Shown: positions 38,086 to 49,247, counted from the first letter of the stretch. The stretch: 49,283 nucleotides of DNA from Candidatus Bathyarchaeota archaeon (GCA_028275385.1 JAPWUR010000001.1:1-49283), one strand, 5' to 3'. Numbers and translations are program-made. The notes: generated by a model from the letters alone, not told the origin.

Positions 38086-38823
38086 ATGGGCAAGAGGATC
38101 CTTGTGAGGAGGAGGGGGAGGGGCACCTCGGTCTTCAGGGCCCCGACCCATAAGAGGGTGGCCCCGGCCCAATACCCGAGGTTATCGGAGAGGGAATTGG
38201 AGGCCGGGGTGAGGGGGAGGGTGGAAGAATTGCTCCACGAGCCGGGCAGGGGGGCGCCCTTGGCGAGGATCGAGTTGGAGAATGGCCAGGAGTGCTACCT
38301 CGTGGCCCCCGAGGGGCTCTTCGTGGGGCAGGAGATATCCATAGGGGGGAGCTCCGAGATAGGTATCGGGGAGGTGCGGCCCTTGGGGAAGATACCGGAG
38401 GGGACGTTGGTCTGCAATATGGAGATGCAGCCCGGGGACGGGGGCACCATGGCGAGATCCTCCGGCGCCTATGCCCTAGTCGTGGCCCATACGCCGTTCG
38501 GCACCGAGGTGAGGTTGCCCTCCGGGAAGACGAAGTACTTGAGCGATAAATGCTTGGCGATGGTGGGCGTGGTGGCCGGGGGCGGGAGGACGGAGAAGCC
38601 CTTCGTCAAAGCCGGGAATAAATGGAAATTGATGAGGGCCAGGGGCAGGAAATGGCCCACGAGCAAGGCGACCGCCATGGTGGCCGCCTCCCATCCCTTC
38701 GGGGGCGGAAGGCATAAGCACGCGGGGAAGCCCGAGACGGTGAGCCGCAACGCGCCGCCCGGCAGGAAGGTCGGATTGATAGCCGCCAGGAGGACCGGGC
38801 GCGGGCGGAAGAGCAGGGAATAG
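38086..38823 (+). CDS. rpl2: 50S ribosomal protein uL2
   Basis: MGKRILVRRRGRGTSVFRAPTHKR..., SSGAYALVVAH, HPFGGGRHKHAGKPETVSRNAPPGRKVG. Confidence 0.95.
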   Translation: MGKRILVRRRGRGTSVFRAPTHKRVAPAQYPRLSERELEAGVRGRVEELLHEPGRGAPLARIELENGQECYLVAPEGLFVGQEISIGGSSEIGIGEVRPLGKIPEGTLVCNMEMQPGDGGTMARSSGAYALVVAHTPFGTEVRLPSGKTKYLSDKCLAMVGVVAGGGRTEKPFVKAGNKWKLMRARGRKWPTSKATAMVAASHPFGGGRHKHAGKPETVSRNAPPGRKVGLIAARRTGRGRKSRE

Positions 38824-38915
38824 AGCGGCCATCGCATTGCGGCGCTCGTCTGGAATTGATGGGCTTGTGATAGGGTTAATAAGGGGCCTTGGAATAGGGA
38901 TCGGCCTGATGGGAA

Positions 38916-39308
38916 ATGGTGAAGGAGTTCACCTATAGGGGCCTGACCTTGGAGCAGCTCCTAGAGGTCTCCATGGATGACTTCATAAAGATGCTCCCCT
39001 CGAGGCAAAGGAGGTCGCTCCTGAGGGGCCTCACGGAGGAGCAGAGGAAGCTCCTGAAGAAGATCAGGGAGGCGAAGGCCAAGGGGGGGAAACCCGTCAA
39101 AACGCATTGCCGGGATATGGTGATCCTTCCGGAGATGGTCGGTTTCACCATACTCGTCCACAACGGGAAGGAGTTCGTCCCCGTGGAAATTAAGCCCGAG
39201 ATGATCGGCCATTACCTTGGGGAATTCGCCATCACCAACAAGAAGGTGGTCCACGGCGCGCCCGGCATAGGGGCATCGAGGAGCTCCATGTACGTGCCCC
39301 TGAAGTAG
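38916..39308 (+). CDS. rps19: 30S ribosomal protein uS19
   Basis: [31 protein letters not shown]..., [31 protein letters not shown]. Confidence 0.9.
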   Translation: MVKEFTYRGLTLEQLLEVSMDDFIKMLPSRQRRSLLRGLTEEQRKLLKKIREAKAKGGKPVKTHCRDMVILPEMVGFTILVHNGKEFVPVEIKPEMIGHYLGEFAITNKKVVHGAPGIGASRSSMYVPLK

Positions 39309-39317
39309 GCCGCTTCG

Positions 39318-39728
39318 TCATTTCTTCAGGAGGGCCCGCAGGAACTCCGAATACCCCCTTGGATCCATCAAGTTCCTCAGATCGGCCTCCAAGCTCGACG
39401 GCTTTATTATGGCTATCCACCCCCTCTCATAGGGGCTCTCGTTCACCAGCTCGGGATGCTTGGATAATTCCTCGTTGACCTCCAATACCTCCCCCGAGAT
39501 CGGGGAATATATCTCCGACACGGCCTTTACGGATTCGACCGTGCCGAGCTGTTGCATCTGGGAAACCCTCGAGCCGATCTTCGGCAATTCCACGTATACT
39601 ATGTCGTGCAAAGTCGCTTGGGCATAATCGGTTATGCCGACCCTGCAGCGATCCCCCTCCACCTTCACCCATTCATGTTCCCTGGAATAATATAGGCCCT
39701 CGGGGATTTCGTATCCGTCCACTTTCAT
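39318..39728 (-). CDS. gcvH: glycine cleavage system H protein (lipoyl carrier)
   Basis: YSREHEWVKVEGDRCRVGITDYAQATLHDIVYVELP...LGTVESVKAVSEIYSPISGEV (lipoyl-lysine motif ESVKA). Confidence 0.9.
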   Translation of the reverse strand: MKVDGYEIPEGLYYSREHEWVKVEGDRCRVGITDYAQATLHDIVYVELPKIGSRVSQMQQLGTVESVKAVSEIYSPISGEVLEVNEELSKHPELVNESPYERGWIAIIKPSSLEADLRNLMDPRGYSEFLRALLKK

Positions 39729-39870
39729 ATCGGATCGCCGATCCTACCGATTGCCCTATCCCTATTATTGTTTGCTATTCCACCCCCTTAAGCTTAAATT
39801 TCACTCCCATGAAAAGCTCGAGCCCAATGGGGAGCTTTGGGAGGCGCAAAGCTGGGCCTTGAGGATAGTC

Positions 39871-41262
39871 ATGAAATTCGGCGGAACCTCCCTATCGGAC
39901 GGCAAAAGGATAAGGAACGCCGCCGAGCTAGTTAAGAGGTATAAGGGCCAGATAGAGGAAATCGCCGTAGTCGCCTCGGCGATGGGCGGCGTCACCGATG
40001 ATTTGATCGGGGCCGCCGAGAGGGCCAAGGCTGGCGAAAGGGCGTACGTGGAGGGGTTCCTCGAGAGGCTATCCAAAAGGCACCTGGATGCCCTCGAGGA
40101 GGCTGTCTCCGACCCGGGGCTCAGGGGGGAGCTCGCTGGCAATATCGAGAGGGAGCTCTCGGATCTCGGAAGGGCCCTGATAGGCGTTTCATATCTCTCG
40201 GAGCTCACGCCCAGATCCAGGGACTACATCCTCTCCTTCGGCGAGAGGCTCTCGACGAGGATATTATGCGGCGCCCTCCGGGACTTGGGCATGAGGGCCG
40301 AATATTTCACGGGCTTCGAGGCCGGGATAATAACCGACGCCAACTTCGGCGAGGCGGCGCCCATCTACGAGTTGGCAAGGGAGAGGGTCAAGGCCGTTTT
40401 GGAGGGAAGGCTCAGGAGCGGCTCGATCCCGGTGGTGACGGGCTTCATAGGCGGGACCGCCGATGGCATCGTGACTACCCTGGGGAGGGGGGGATCGGAT
40501 TATACGGCCACAATATTGGGGGCGCTACTCGACGCCGACGAAGTATGGTTGATGACCGATGTGAACGGCCTCATGACAGCGGATCCGAAGATCGTGCCAT
40601 CCGCCAAGACCATACGGAGGGTATCTTACTCCGAGGCGGCCGAGATGGCCTTCTTCGGGGCCAAATCGCTGCACCCGAGGGCATTGGAGCCCGTTTCGGA
40701 GAAAGGCATACCGCTGAGGATAAAGAACACGTTCGACCCGGATGGGGAGGGTACCCTTATAACAAAGGAAGGGGGGGATCGAAGCGATAAGGTTGTGAAG
40801 GCCGTCACGCTGATAAAAAACGTGAGCCTCATAACCGTTAGCGGGGCGGGCATGGTTGGGGCGCCGGGCGCGGCCGCCAGGATATTCAAAATACTGGGGG
40901 ATAATAGGATAAACGTGCTCATGATCTCCCAAAGCTCATCCGAGTATAACATATCCCTCGTCGTTCCCAGGGCGAGTTCCAAGGAGGCCGTCGCGGCCCT
41001 TAGGAGGGATCTTCAGGAGAGGGGATTGGTCAAGGAGGTGATATCGGAAGACGATGTTTGCGTCGTGGCCGCGGTTGGCGCCGGCATGAGGGGGACCCCG
41101 GGCGTTGCGGCCAGGGTTTTTACGGCCGTCGCGAGGAAGGGCGTCAACGTGAGGATGATAGCCCAGGGGTCCTCGGAATTGAATATATCGTTCGTGGTTG
41201 GGGAATCCGACGGCGCAACCGCCGTGAGGGCGATCCACGAGGAGTTCTCCCTGGGCTCATGA
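39871..41262 (+). CDS. aspartate kinase with two C-terminal ACT domains
   Basis: MKFGGTSLSDGKRIRNAAELV..., TTLGRGGSDYTA, MTADPKIVPSAKTIRRVSYSEAAEMAFFGAKSLHPRAL. The ATG at 39871 is preferred over 39751. Confidence 0.9.
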   Translation: MKFGGTSLSDGKRIRNAAELVKRYKGQIEEIAVVASAMGGVTDDLIGAAERAKAGERAYVEGFLERLSKRHLDALEEAVSDPGLRGELAGNIERELSDLGRALIGVSYLSELTPRSRDYILSFGERLSTRILCGALRDLGMRAEYFTGFEAGIITDANFGEAAPIYELARERVKAVLEGRLRSGSIPVVTGFIGGTADGIVTTLGRGGSDYTATILGALLDADEVWLMTDVNGLMTADPKIVPSAKTIRRVSYSEAAEMAFFGAKSLHPRALEPVSEKGIPLRIKNTFDPDGEGTLITKEGGDRSDKVVKAVTLIKNVSLITVSGAGMVGAPGAAARIFKILGDNRINVLMISQSSSEYNISLVVPRASSKEAVAALRRDLQERGLVKEVISEDDVCVVAAVGAGMRGTPGVAARVFTAVARKGVNVRMIAQGSSELNISFVVGESDGATAVRAIHEEFSLGS

Positions 41263-41314
41263 TCGCGCGGATCGAGCGCGGGCTCGCTGGGGAATTAAAT
41301 ACCCCTGGGGATCC

Positions 41315-41590
41315 TTAGACCCTCTCCAGCCTCCCCCTGAGGTCGTCCATGGCGACGTTCAAGACGATGGCGTCCCCGAGGCGATGTATATACGAGGTGG
41401 GGACCTTGGCCTTGGCCTTCCTCAATACGGCCCTGCCGCCCAAGATCCTCCTCGCGGCCCCTCCATCGAGCTCGACTATGAGGTGCTTCGCCACCAAACC
41501 AACCGGATCGATCTCGATGTCCTTCACCTTCCCCAACGAGGCCATCGAGGAATCGTAGACCCTCTTCCCAGCCAATTCGCTGATCAACAT
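41315..41590 (-). CDS. PRC-barrel domain protein
   Basis: ELAGKRVYDSSMASLGKVKDIEIDPVGLVAKHLIVELDG is a PRC-barrel-like pattern in a 91-aa protein. Confidence 0.6.
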   Translation of the reverse strand: MLISELAGKRVYDSSMASLGKVKDIEIDPVGLVAKHLIVELDGGAARRILGGRAVLRKAKAKVPTSYIHRLGDAIVLNVAMDDLRGRLERV

Positions 41591-41647
41591 GGCGCCGTGC
41601 CTTCGAAGGGGGCGGATAATTAAATCTTCGGGTCGAAGGGGGAGCGA

Positions 41648-42565
41648 TCAGAGGGATCTGCCCTCGAGGAACCTCTCGGCCTCCATGGCCGCGATGGCGC
41701 CGAGCGCCGAGGCTATCACCGCCTGCCTATAATTCTTGCTGCATACGTCGCCGGCGGCGAAGACCCCGTCCACGCTGGTCTTCACAAGGTCCTTGGTTAT
41801 TATGTAGCCCTCCTCATCCATCTCCAATTGACCCCTGAAGACCTCCGTGTTGGGCTTGTGGCCTATTGCAACGAATAGGCCATCGCAATCGATCTTCTTC
41901 ACCTCGCCTGTGATGACGTCCTTCAGGAGGACCCCGCTCACCTTCTCGTCGCCCAATATATCCGCAACGACCTTATTCCATTCGAACCTTATCCTATCGT
42001 TACCGAAGGCCCTCTCCTGCAGGGCCCTCTTGGCCCTGAGCTCCGATCTCCTGTGCACGACTATTACCTCCCTAGCTATCCCGCTCAGGAAGAGCGCTTC
42101 CCCCAGGGCCGTGTCCCCGCCGCCGACGACGACGACCCTCTTCCCCTTGTAGAAATATCCATCGCAATGAGCGCATGCGGAAACCCCCCTGCCGATCAGC
42201 CTCCTCTCGGACTCGAGCCCCAACCATTTCGCCGAGGCCCCGGTGGCTATTATGATGCTCCTCGCTCCGTACGCTTCCGATTCTGTGAAGACCTCCAGGG
42301 GCCTCTTCGAAAAATCAACCCTGATAACGGATGCGCCCTCGAATCGCGCGCCCAACCTTTCCGCCTGCTGCCTCATCCTCTCGACCAAGGCGGAGCCCGG
42401 GATAGGATCCGGGAATCCGGGGAAGTTCTCGACCTCCCCGGCCATCGCCAATTGGCCCCCGGGCTGCGGCCCCTCGATCACAAACGGCTCGAGGCCCGCC
42501 CTCGAGGCGTATATGGCCGCCGTGCATCCGGCGCATCCCGATCCTATTATGATCAGGTCCTCCAA
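41648..42565 (-). CDS. trxB: thioredoxin-disulfide reductase
   Basis: FAD motif IIGSGCAGCTAAIYASRAG, redox-active CAHC in GVSACAHCDGYFYKGK, NAD(P)H motif VVVGGGDTA, FAAGDV. Confidence 0.85.
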   Translation of the reverse strand: MEDLIIIGSGCAGCTAAIYASRAGLEPFVIEGPQPGGQLAMAGEVENFPGFPDPIPGSALVERMRQQAERLGARFEGASVIRVDFSKRPLEVFTESEAYGARSIIIATGASAKWLGLESERRLIGRGVSACAHCDGYFYKGKRVVVVGGGDTALGEALFLSGIAREVIVVHRRSELRAKRALQERAFGNDRIRFEWNKVVADILGDEKVSGVLLKDVITGEVKKIDCDGLFVAIGHKPNTEVFRGQLEMDEEGYIITKDLVKTSVDGVFAAGDVCSKNYRQAVIASALGAIAAMEAERFLEGRSL

Positions 42566-42625
42566 ATCGCCTCGCCAGCCCTAAGGATAACATAGCTTTT
42601 AAGCATTCCCGAGGGCCATATCTGG

Positions 42626-44311
42626 ATGGGATTGGGGATGCTCAGCGCGAGGATGAAGGAGGGGGCGGAGGCGGCTCCGAGGAGGGCCCTCCTCAAGGCC
42701 ACTGGGCTATCCGATGGGGATATAGGGAGGCCGTTGATCGCGATAGTAAACTCCTGGAACGAAATAGTCCCCGGCCACGTTCACCTCAGGAGGGTTTCCG
42801 AGGCCGTTAAGGCCGGGGTCAGATCAAGCGGGGGCACTCCGCTCGAGTTCGATACGATAGCCATATGCGATGGCATAGCGATGGGCCACGAGGGGATGAA
42901 GTATTCCCTATTCAGCAGGGACCTGATAGCCGATTCCATCGAGGCCATGGTGAGGGCCCACGCCTTCGATGCCATGGTCCTGATATCCTCCTGCGATAAG
43001 ATCCTCCCGGGCCACCTAATGGCCGCGGCCAGGTTGGATATACCCTCCATAGTGGTGACCGGGGGGCCCATGTACCCGGGGATCTATAGGGGGAAGAGGG
43101 TCGACGTGATATCGGTCTTCGAGGCGGTGGGGGAGCTGAAGAGGGGGACCATATCCGAGCGGGATTTGGCGGAGCTGGAATCCTCGGCCTGTCCCGGCCC
43201 GGGATCCTGCGCCGGGATGTTCACCGCAAACACGATGGCCTGCCTGACGGAGGCCATGGGGATGTCGCTGCCCGGGTGCGCCACATCGCATGCGGTAACC
43301 GCGAAGAAGCTCAGGATCGCCGAGGAATCCGGGAGAAGGGTCATGGATCTCCTGAAGTCCGGGATAAAGCCCAGCGATATAATGACCTTGGGGGCCTTCA
43401 GGAACGCGATAGCCGTGGATATGGCCCTGGGGGGCTCCACCAACAGCGTATTGCACCTCAGGGCCATAGCGGCGGAGCTCGGGATCGACCTACGGCTCGA
43501 GGAGTTCGATGAGATCGGGAGGAGGGTGCCGCATATATGCGACATGAGGCCGGGCGGCCCCTACTTTATGATCGACCTAGATAGGGCCGGGGGGGTCCCC
43601 GCCATCCTGAGGAGGCTCGAGCCATTCCTGAGCAAGGGGGAGATGACCGTTTCCGGGAAGAGCATTGGGGAATTGCTGAGGGGGGCCTCGATAGAGGACG
43701 AGGAGGTCATCAGGCCCTTGGATAGGCCCATCCACGCTGAGGGGGGCATAGCGATACTGAGGGGGAGCCTCGCGCCTGATGGAGCGGTCGTCAAGCATTC
43801 GTCGGTCCCAGAGGCCATGTTGAGGTTCTCGGGGAGGGCTGTGGTATTCGATTCTGAGGAGGAGGCGGTGAAGGGGATAAGCGAGGGCAGGGTTCGGGAG
43901 GGGGACGTCGTGGTGATAAGGTACGAGGGCTACGTCGGCGGGCCTGGGATGAGGGAGATGCTGGCCCCGACCTCCCTGATAGTTGGCATGGGCCTTGAGA
44001 GGGTCGCGCTAGTGACGGATGGGAGGTTCTCGGGTGGAACGAGGGGGCCATGCATAGGCCACGTGGAGCCCGAGGCGGCCCTGGGCGGGCCGATAGCCGT
44101 GGTCAGGGACGGGGACCCGATCGAGATAGACATACCCCGCAGGAGGCTGGATCTGGCCCTCCCGAGCGACGAGATCGGGCGGAGGCTGGAGGGCTTTAGG
44201 CCCAAGGAGAAGCGGATATCGGAGAGGTCCCTTTTGGCCAGATATGCCGGCGCATTACGGCGCCGATTCGCCCCTACTACGCCTCAATCCCCCAACCCCT
44301 CCTCTTCTTGA
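42626..44311 (+). CDS. ilvD: dihydroxy-acid dehydratase
   Basis: [82 protein letters not shown]. The C-terminal ~20 aa are atypical and overlap leuD convergently. Confidence 0.9.
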   Translation: MGLGMLSARMKEGAEAAPRRALLKATGLSDGDIGRPLIAIVNSWNEIVPGHVHLRRVSEAVKAGVRSSGGTPLEFDTIAICDGIAMGHEGMKYSLFSRDLIADSIEAMVRAHAFDAMVLISSCDKILPGHLMAAARLDIPSIVVTGGPMYPGIYRGKRVDVISVFEAVGELKRGTISERDLAELESSACPGPGSCAGMFTANTMACLTEAMGMSLPGCATSHAVTAKKLRIAEESGRRVMDLLKSGIKPSDIMTLGAFRNAIAVDMALGGSTNSVLHLRAIAAELGIDLRLEEFDEIGRRVPHICDMRPGGPYFMIDLDRAGGVPAILRRLEPFLSKGEMTVSGKSIGELLRGASIEDEEVIRPLDRPIHAEGGIAILRGSLAPDGAVVKHSSVPEAMLRFSGRAVVFDSEEEAVKGISEGRVREGDVVVIRYEGYVGGPGMREMLAPTSLIVGMGLERVALVTDGRFSGGTRGPCIGHVEPEAALGGPIAVVRDGDPIEIDIPRRRLDLALPSDEIGRRLEGFRPKEKRISERSLLARYAGALRRRFAPTTPQSPNPSSS

Positions 44312-44786
44312 GATACGGAACCAGGCCGCCCTCGTTCAATATCGATAGCAGGAACGGCGGGATCGGCCTCAAGCGATGGATCGACGACCTAGTCTCGTTC
44401 TCGACGATGAACCTCTCCAAGTCTATCTTGACCGAATCCCCATCCTTGATTGGCTCTGAGGATCCCTCGAGCTGGAGCGCCAGGAGCCCCTGGTTTATGG
44501 AGTTCCTGAAGAAGATCCTCGCGAACGATTCCGCGATCACGGCCTTGAGGCCCGCCTTCTTGAGGACTATCACGGCGTGCTCCCTGGAGCTCCCGCATCC
44601 GAAGTTTTTGCCGGCCACTATGATCCCCCCTTCCCTGACCTTCTCCTTTAGGCTCGCATCGTAATCCTCGAAAGCGTGCTCGGTCATCGCATCCAAATCC
44701 ATGCTCGATAGATATCTGGCGGGTATTATGTCATCCGTATTGACGTTGTCCGGAAGCTTCGTTACCTTGCCCGTTAGGACTTTCAT
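44277..44786 (-). CDS. leuD: 3-isopropylmalate (or homoaconitate) dehydratase small subunit
   Basis: [13 protein letters not shown]..., [22 protein letters not shown]. Confidence 0.85.
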   Translation of the reverse strand: MKVLTGKVTKLPDNVNTDDIIPARYLSSMDLDAMTEHAFEDYDASLKEKVREGGIIVAGKNFGCGSSREHAVIVLKKAGLKAVIAESFARIFFRNSINQGLLALQLEGSSEPIKDGDSVKIDLERFIVENETRSSIHRLRPIPPFLLSILNEGGLVPYLKKRRGWGIEA

Positions 44787-46054
44787 TCAATATCCCTCGG
44801 ATCGGTTATCCTCCCGGTTATCGCGGAAGCCGCCACGGTGGCCGGGGAGGCCAAGTACACCTTGGAGCTCCTATGCCCCATCCTCCCCACGAAGTTCCTA
44901 TTCGTGGAGGATACGCAAACCTCCTCGGGGCCGAGGACCCCTTGCGACATTCCCAAGCAGGGGCCGCACGAGGGGCAGCAAATTATCGCCCCGGCCCTCG
45001 CGAATATATCCAATAGCCCCTCCTTCATGGCCTCGCGATATACCTCCATCGATGCCGGCGTCACGATCATCCTAACCCTTGGGTTCACCCTATTGGATTT
45101 CAATATCCTCGCGGCCGCCCTCAAGTCCTCCAGCCTCCCGTTGGTGCACGAGCCCAAGAAGGCCTGATCGATCTCCACTCCCCCCAGCTCCCTCGCCGGT
45201 TTGACGTCGTCGATCCTGGGCGGGACCGCGACCAACGGCTCCGTCTTGGAGGCATCGAATTCGAACGTTTCCTCGAACACCGCGTCCTCGTCGCTCCTCA
45301 CAAGCTCCACGTCCTCCCCAGTCCTCTCCCTTATGTAATAAGCGACTTTCTCATCGGGCTCCACTATGCCCGTTTTGGCGCTCATCTCTATCGACATATT
45401 GGCCAAGGTCAACCGGCCATCCAAGCTCATCGACCTTATGCCCTCGCCGCAGTATTCTACGGCCTTATATATCGCCCCCTCCATGCCTATCTCGCCTATT
45501 ATCTCCAATATCAAATCCTTTGGCGAAGATGGCTCGATCAACCTATTGCGCACTATCACCCTATAGGTCTCCGGGACCCTGAGCCAGAGCTTCCCAGTCC
45601 CCAGCACGGCGGCCGCCTCGGTCGATCCGACCCCGACGCCGAACGCCCCCAGGCCCCCGGCCGTGCAGGTGTGGCTATCGGCACCGATTATCAGCCTCCC
45701 CGGGGCCGACATCCCCTTCTCCGCCAATAGCTGATGCGCTATACCGCCCCTACCGATCTCGAAGAAGTTGGTCAAGCCCTTGGCTCGGACGAAGGACCTC
45801 ATCTCGCGCATCATGGATGCCGAGCTTATGTCGCTCGGCGGTACGTTGTGATCGAAGACCACGACGACCTTGGATGGATCCCACACCCTCTCGAAGCCCA
45901 TCTCCTCGAAGGCCCTTATCGCCAAGGGGCCCGTTATCTCGTGGAGCATGAGCAGGTCGATCTCGGCCAGGACTATGTCCCCGGCCGAGGCATCGGGTTT
46001 GCCAGAGGCCCTCGAGAGGACCTTCTCGCTTATGGTCTTCCCGATCCCTTCCAC
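44783..46054 (-). CDS. leuC: 3-isopropylmalate (or homoaconitate) dehydratase large subunit
   Basis: Aconitase-family motifs IGADSHTCTAG, FLGSCTNGRLEDL, CPSCGPCLG, STNRNFVGRMG. 4-nt overlap with leuD. Confidence 0.9.
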   Translation of the reverse strand: MEGIGKTISEKVLSRASGKPDASAGDIVLAEIDLLMLHEITGPLAIRAFEEMGFERVWDPSKVVVVFDHNVPPSDISSASMMREMRSFVRAKGLTNFFEIGRGGIAHQLLAEKGMSAPGRLIIGADSHTCTAGGLGAFGVGVGSTEAAAVLGTGKLWLRVPETYRVIVRNRLIEPSSPKDLILEIIGEIGMEGAIYKAVEYCGEGIRSMSLDGRLTLANMSIEMSAKTGIVEPDEKVAYYIRERTGEDVELVRSDEDAVFEETFEFDASKTEPLVAVPPRIDDVKPARELGGVEIDQAFLGSCTNGRLEDLRAAARILKSNRVNPRVRMIVTPASMEVYREAMKEGLLDIFARAGAIICCPSCGPCLGMSQGVLGPEEVCVSSTNRNFVGRMGHRSSKVYLASPATVAASAITGRITDPRDIE

Positions 46055-46063
46055 CCCCCTTCC

Positions 46064-47062
46064 CTACTCCTCCAGCCCGGATAGCTTCCGTATCTTCCTC
46101 CCGACCTTCTCTATCGGGTGGCGCTCGATCGCCTTCATGAGGGCCTTGAGCTTCTCCGGCCTCTCCCTCCAAACCCTGATCCATTCCCTCGCGAACGCCC
46201 CGCTCCTGACGTTCTTGACGACGGCCTTCATATTCCTCTTGACCCTCTTGTCCACGACCTTCGGGCCCACCGTCAATCCGCCGTATTTGGCGGTATCGGA
46301 GACCGCCCTCAGCATCTTCATGAACCCTCCCTCCGCTATCATATCCATTATCAACTTCGCCTCGTTCAGGACCTCGAAATAAGCGACCTCGGGCTGATAT
46401 CCGGCCTCGACGAGCACCTCGAACCCGTTCTTTATCAGCTCGATCAAGCCGCCGACCAGGACCGTTTGCTCCCCTATGATGTCCGTCTCAGTTTCCTCCG
46501 CGAAGGTCGTCTCGATCAAGCCGGCCCTGGCGCATCCGATGGCCTTCCCCATCTCGAGGGAGATCCTCTTCGCGTTCCCGCTGCTATCCCTGTGGACCGC
46601 TATCAGGGCCGGGACGCCAGACCCGGCCACATAGGTCTCCCTGACCCTCGCCCCCGGCGACTTCGGCGCGACCATTATCACGTCGACGCCTTCAGGGGGG
46701 GTTATGAGGCCGTAGTGGATATTGAACCCGTGGGAGAAGCTCAGGACCTTGCCGTCCACCATATGCTTAGCTATGTATCGTTCGTATACCTGCGGTTGGA
46801 CCATGTCGGGGAGGAGGATGTGGATTATGTCCCCCTTCTCGGCTGCCTCTCCGATCGGGAGCGGCGAGAACCCATCGCTCACCGCCTTCTCCCAGCTCTT
46901 CCCCTTCGGCCTTAGGCCGAGGATTACGTTCAGGCCGGAGTCCCTCATGTTCAGGGCTTGGGCCCTGCCCTGGCTGCCGTAGCCTATCACGGCCACGGCC
47001 TTGTCCTTTATAACCTCATATTCGATATCCTTATCGAAGTATATCCTCGCCATGCGCCGCAC
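46064..47062 (-). CDS. ilvC: ketol-acid reductoisomerase
   Basis: [21 protein letters not shown]..., [19 protein letters not shown]. Confidence 0.9.
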   Translation of the reverse strand: MRRMARIYFDKDIEYEVIKDKAVAVIGYGSQGRAQALNMRDSGLNVILGLRPKGKSWEKAVSDGFSPLPIGEAAEKGDIIHILLPDMVQPQVYERYIAKHMVDGKVLSFSHGFNIHYGLITPPEGVDVIMVAPKSPGARVRETYVAGSGVPALIAVHRDSSGNAKRISLEMGKAIGCARAGLIETTFAEETETDIIGEQTVLVGGLIELIKNGFEVLVEAGYQPEVAYFEVLNEAKLIMDMIAEGGFMKMLRAVSDTAKYGGLTVGPKVVDKRVKRNMKAVVKNVRSGAFAREWIRVWRERPEKLKALMKAIERHPIEKVGRKIRKLSGLEE

Positions 47063-47069
47063 CGTTTTA

Positions 47070-47570
47070 TTATTTCAGCCCGATCCTGTTTAAACCTCTT
47101 TCCATCGCGGTGATCCCCGTCCGCGATATCTCGAGGAGCTCGAAGCGCTTCATGAGCTCCAAGAAGGCGTCGATCTTGGATGGCGCGCCGGTTATCTCGA
47201 TCATTATGGCGTCGGGGGAGACGTCCACTATCCTGCTCCTGAATATATTGGCCCAGTTCACCAGATCGGATCTGGCCCTCCAATCATCCGCCCTGACCTT
47301 TACGAGGGCCAGTTCCCTCACGACCGTTTCGCTCGGGTCGAGCAACTTGACCTCCAGCACGTCTATGAGCTTCCTGAGCTGCTTCTCCAATTGCACCGCG
47401 TCCTCCTCCTCCCCCTTCATGGTTATGGTCATCCTTGCGACGTCCTCGCGCTCGGTTGGCCCGACGGTTATGCTCTCTATGTTGAAGTTCCTCTGTCTGA
47501 ACATATTCGAGACCTTTTGCAGAACCCCGGGCTTATGCTCGACCAAAGTCCCGAATATGAAGGTCTTCAA
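47070..47570 (-). CDS. ilvN: acetolactate synthase small (regulatory) subunit
   Basis: [29 protein letters not shown] (ACT domain) plus the C-terminal ALS_ss_C-type domain. Confidence 0.85.
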   Translation of the reverse strand: MKTFIFGTLVEHKPGVLQKVSNMFRQRNFNIESITVGPTEREDVARMTITMKGEEEDAVQLEKQLRKLIDVLEVKLLDPSETVVRELALVKVRADDWRARSDLVNWANIFRSRIVDVSPDAIMIEITGAPSKIDAFLELMKRFELLEISRTGITAMERGLNRIGLK

Positions 47571-47576
47571 ACCGCA

Positions 47577-49247
47577 TCAAACCCCCATCATGTCCTCCAG
47601 CTTGCAACCCGGCGGCACCATTGGGAAGACGTCCTCCTCGGGGTTTATAGGGACGTCTATTACGGTCGTGACGTCGCTCCCTAGGGCCGCCTTGACCGCC
47701 CTCTCGAACTCCTCCATGGATTCGGCCCTGATCCCCTGCGCGCCATATGCCTCGGCTATTTTGACGAAATCCGGGGGCCTTATCTCGACCGCCGAATACC
47801 TCCCCCGGAAGAAGAGGCGCTGCCATTGCGCCACCATGCCCAACATGCGATTGTTCAATATCACCACGATGACCGGTATCCCCTCCGAAACGGAGGTGGC
47901 CAGGGAGTTCATCGTCATTTGGAAGCTCCCGTCCCCGGCTATGTCCACGACCGGGACGTCGGGCCTCGCGACCTTCGCCCCTATCGCCGCCGGGAATCCA
48001 AACCCCATCGTCCCCAAGCCGCCGGAGGTTATGAAGTTCCTCGGCCCATAGGCCTTGAAATGGAGCGAGGCCCACATCTGGTTCTGGCCAACCTCCGTCG
48101 TCACTATGGCGTCATCGGGCAACAGCCTCCTCAACCTCTTCAGCAACCTGGGCGGGGATAGGCCATCGCCGTCCTCGTTCTGGAGCTTCGCCTTGACCTG
48201 CTTGACCCTCTCATACCAATGCGCCGACCTCTCCCCCTTAAGCCTCTTGGCGAGCTCCTCGATCAGCCCGACCAAGGCCTTCCGGGCATCCCCCTCTATC
48301 CCTATATGAACCCTCTTGTTCTTCCCTATCTCGGCCGGATCTATATCGATGTGTATTATCTTAGCCTCCTTGCAGAACGCATCCGCGTCGCATGTCGTCC
48401 TATCGGCGAACCTCGTCCCCACGGCCAATAGGACGTCGGCCTTCACGATGAGCGTATTGGCCAACGGGGAGCCATGCATCCCGATGACCCCGACGGAAAG
48501 CGGGTGATCCTCCCTGATGCATCCCTTGCCCATCAGGGTCGTCCCCACGGGCGCCATCAGGAGCTCGGCCAATCTAACGAGCTCTCGATGCGCGTTCGAG
48601 ATCCTGACGCCACCTCCCGCCAATATGAAGGGGGCATCGGCCTCGGCCAATAGCTCGGCCGCTCTCCCCAGGAGCTCCGGGTCCGGATCGGGTGGGGAGG
48701 AGAGGCCCCTAACCTCGACCTTATCCGGGAACTCCATCCCCGCGACCTCCGTTTGAACGTCCTTCGGCAGATCCACCAAGACCGGGCCGGGCCTCCCGCT
48801 GGTGGCTATCAAGAAGGCCTTCTTGACCACGCTCGGTATCTCCGATGCCGATCGGACCTGGTAGTTGTATTTGGTTATCGGGGACGTTATCCCTATTATA
48901 TCGGCCTCTTGGAAGGCATCCCGGCCGATCATCGCCCTGGGGACTTGACCGGTGAAGGCCACTATCGGGGATGAATCCATGTAGGCGTTCGCTATGCCGG
49001 TAACGAGGTTCGTGGAGCCGGGGCCGGACGTGGCCATGCAAACTCCGGCCCGGCCACTGGCCCTCGCGTATCCATCGGCCATATGGGCAGCCGATTGCTC
49101 ATGCCTGGCGAGTATGTGCCTGATCCCCGAGTCCAGGAGGGCGTCGTAAACGGGCGTTATCGCCCCGCCCGGCAGCCCGAATATCACCGATACGCCTTCC
49201 CTCTCGAGGGCCTTCACGAGGGCCCTTGAACCGGATAGTTCTAACAT
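47577..49247 (-). CDS. ilvB: acetolactate synthase large (catalytic) subunit, ThDP-dependent
   Basis: GSRALVKALEREGVSVIFGLPGGA, HEQSAAHMADGYARASG, and the ThDP motif IAGDGSFQMTMNSLATSVSEGIPVIVVILNN. Confidence 0.9.
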   Translation of the reverse strand: MLELSGSRALVKALEREGVSVIFGLPGGAITPVYDALLDSGIRHILARHEQSAAHMADGYARASGRAGVCMATSGPGSTNLVTGIANAYMDSSPIVAFTGQVPRAMIGRDAFQEADIIGITSPITKYNYQVRSASEIPSVVKKAFLIATSGRPGPVLVDLPKDVQTEVAGMEFPDKVEVRGLSSPPDPDPELLGRAAELLAEADAPFILAGGGVRISNAHRELVRLAELLMAPVGTTLMGKGCIREDHPLSVGVIGMHGSPLANTLIVKADVLLAVGTRFADRTTCDADAFCKEAKIIHIDIDPAEIGKNKRVHIGIEGDARKALVGLIEELAKRLKGERSAHWYERVKQVKAKLQNEDGDGLSPPRLLKRLRRLLPDDAIVTTEVGQNQMWASLHFKAYGPRNFITSGGLGTMGFGFPAAIGAKVARPDVPVVDIAGDGSFQMTMNSLATSVSEGIPVIVVILNNRMLGMVAQWQRLFFRGRYSAVEIRPPDFVKIAEAYGAQGIRAESMEEFERAVKAALGSDVTTVIDVPINPEEDVFPMVPPGCKLEDMMGV

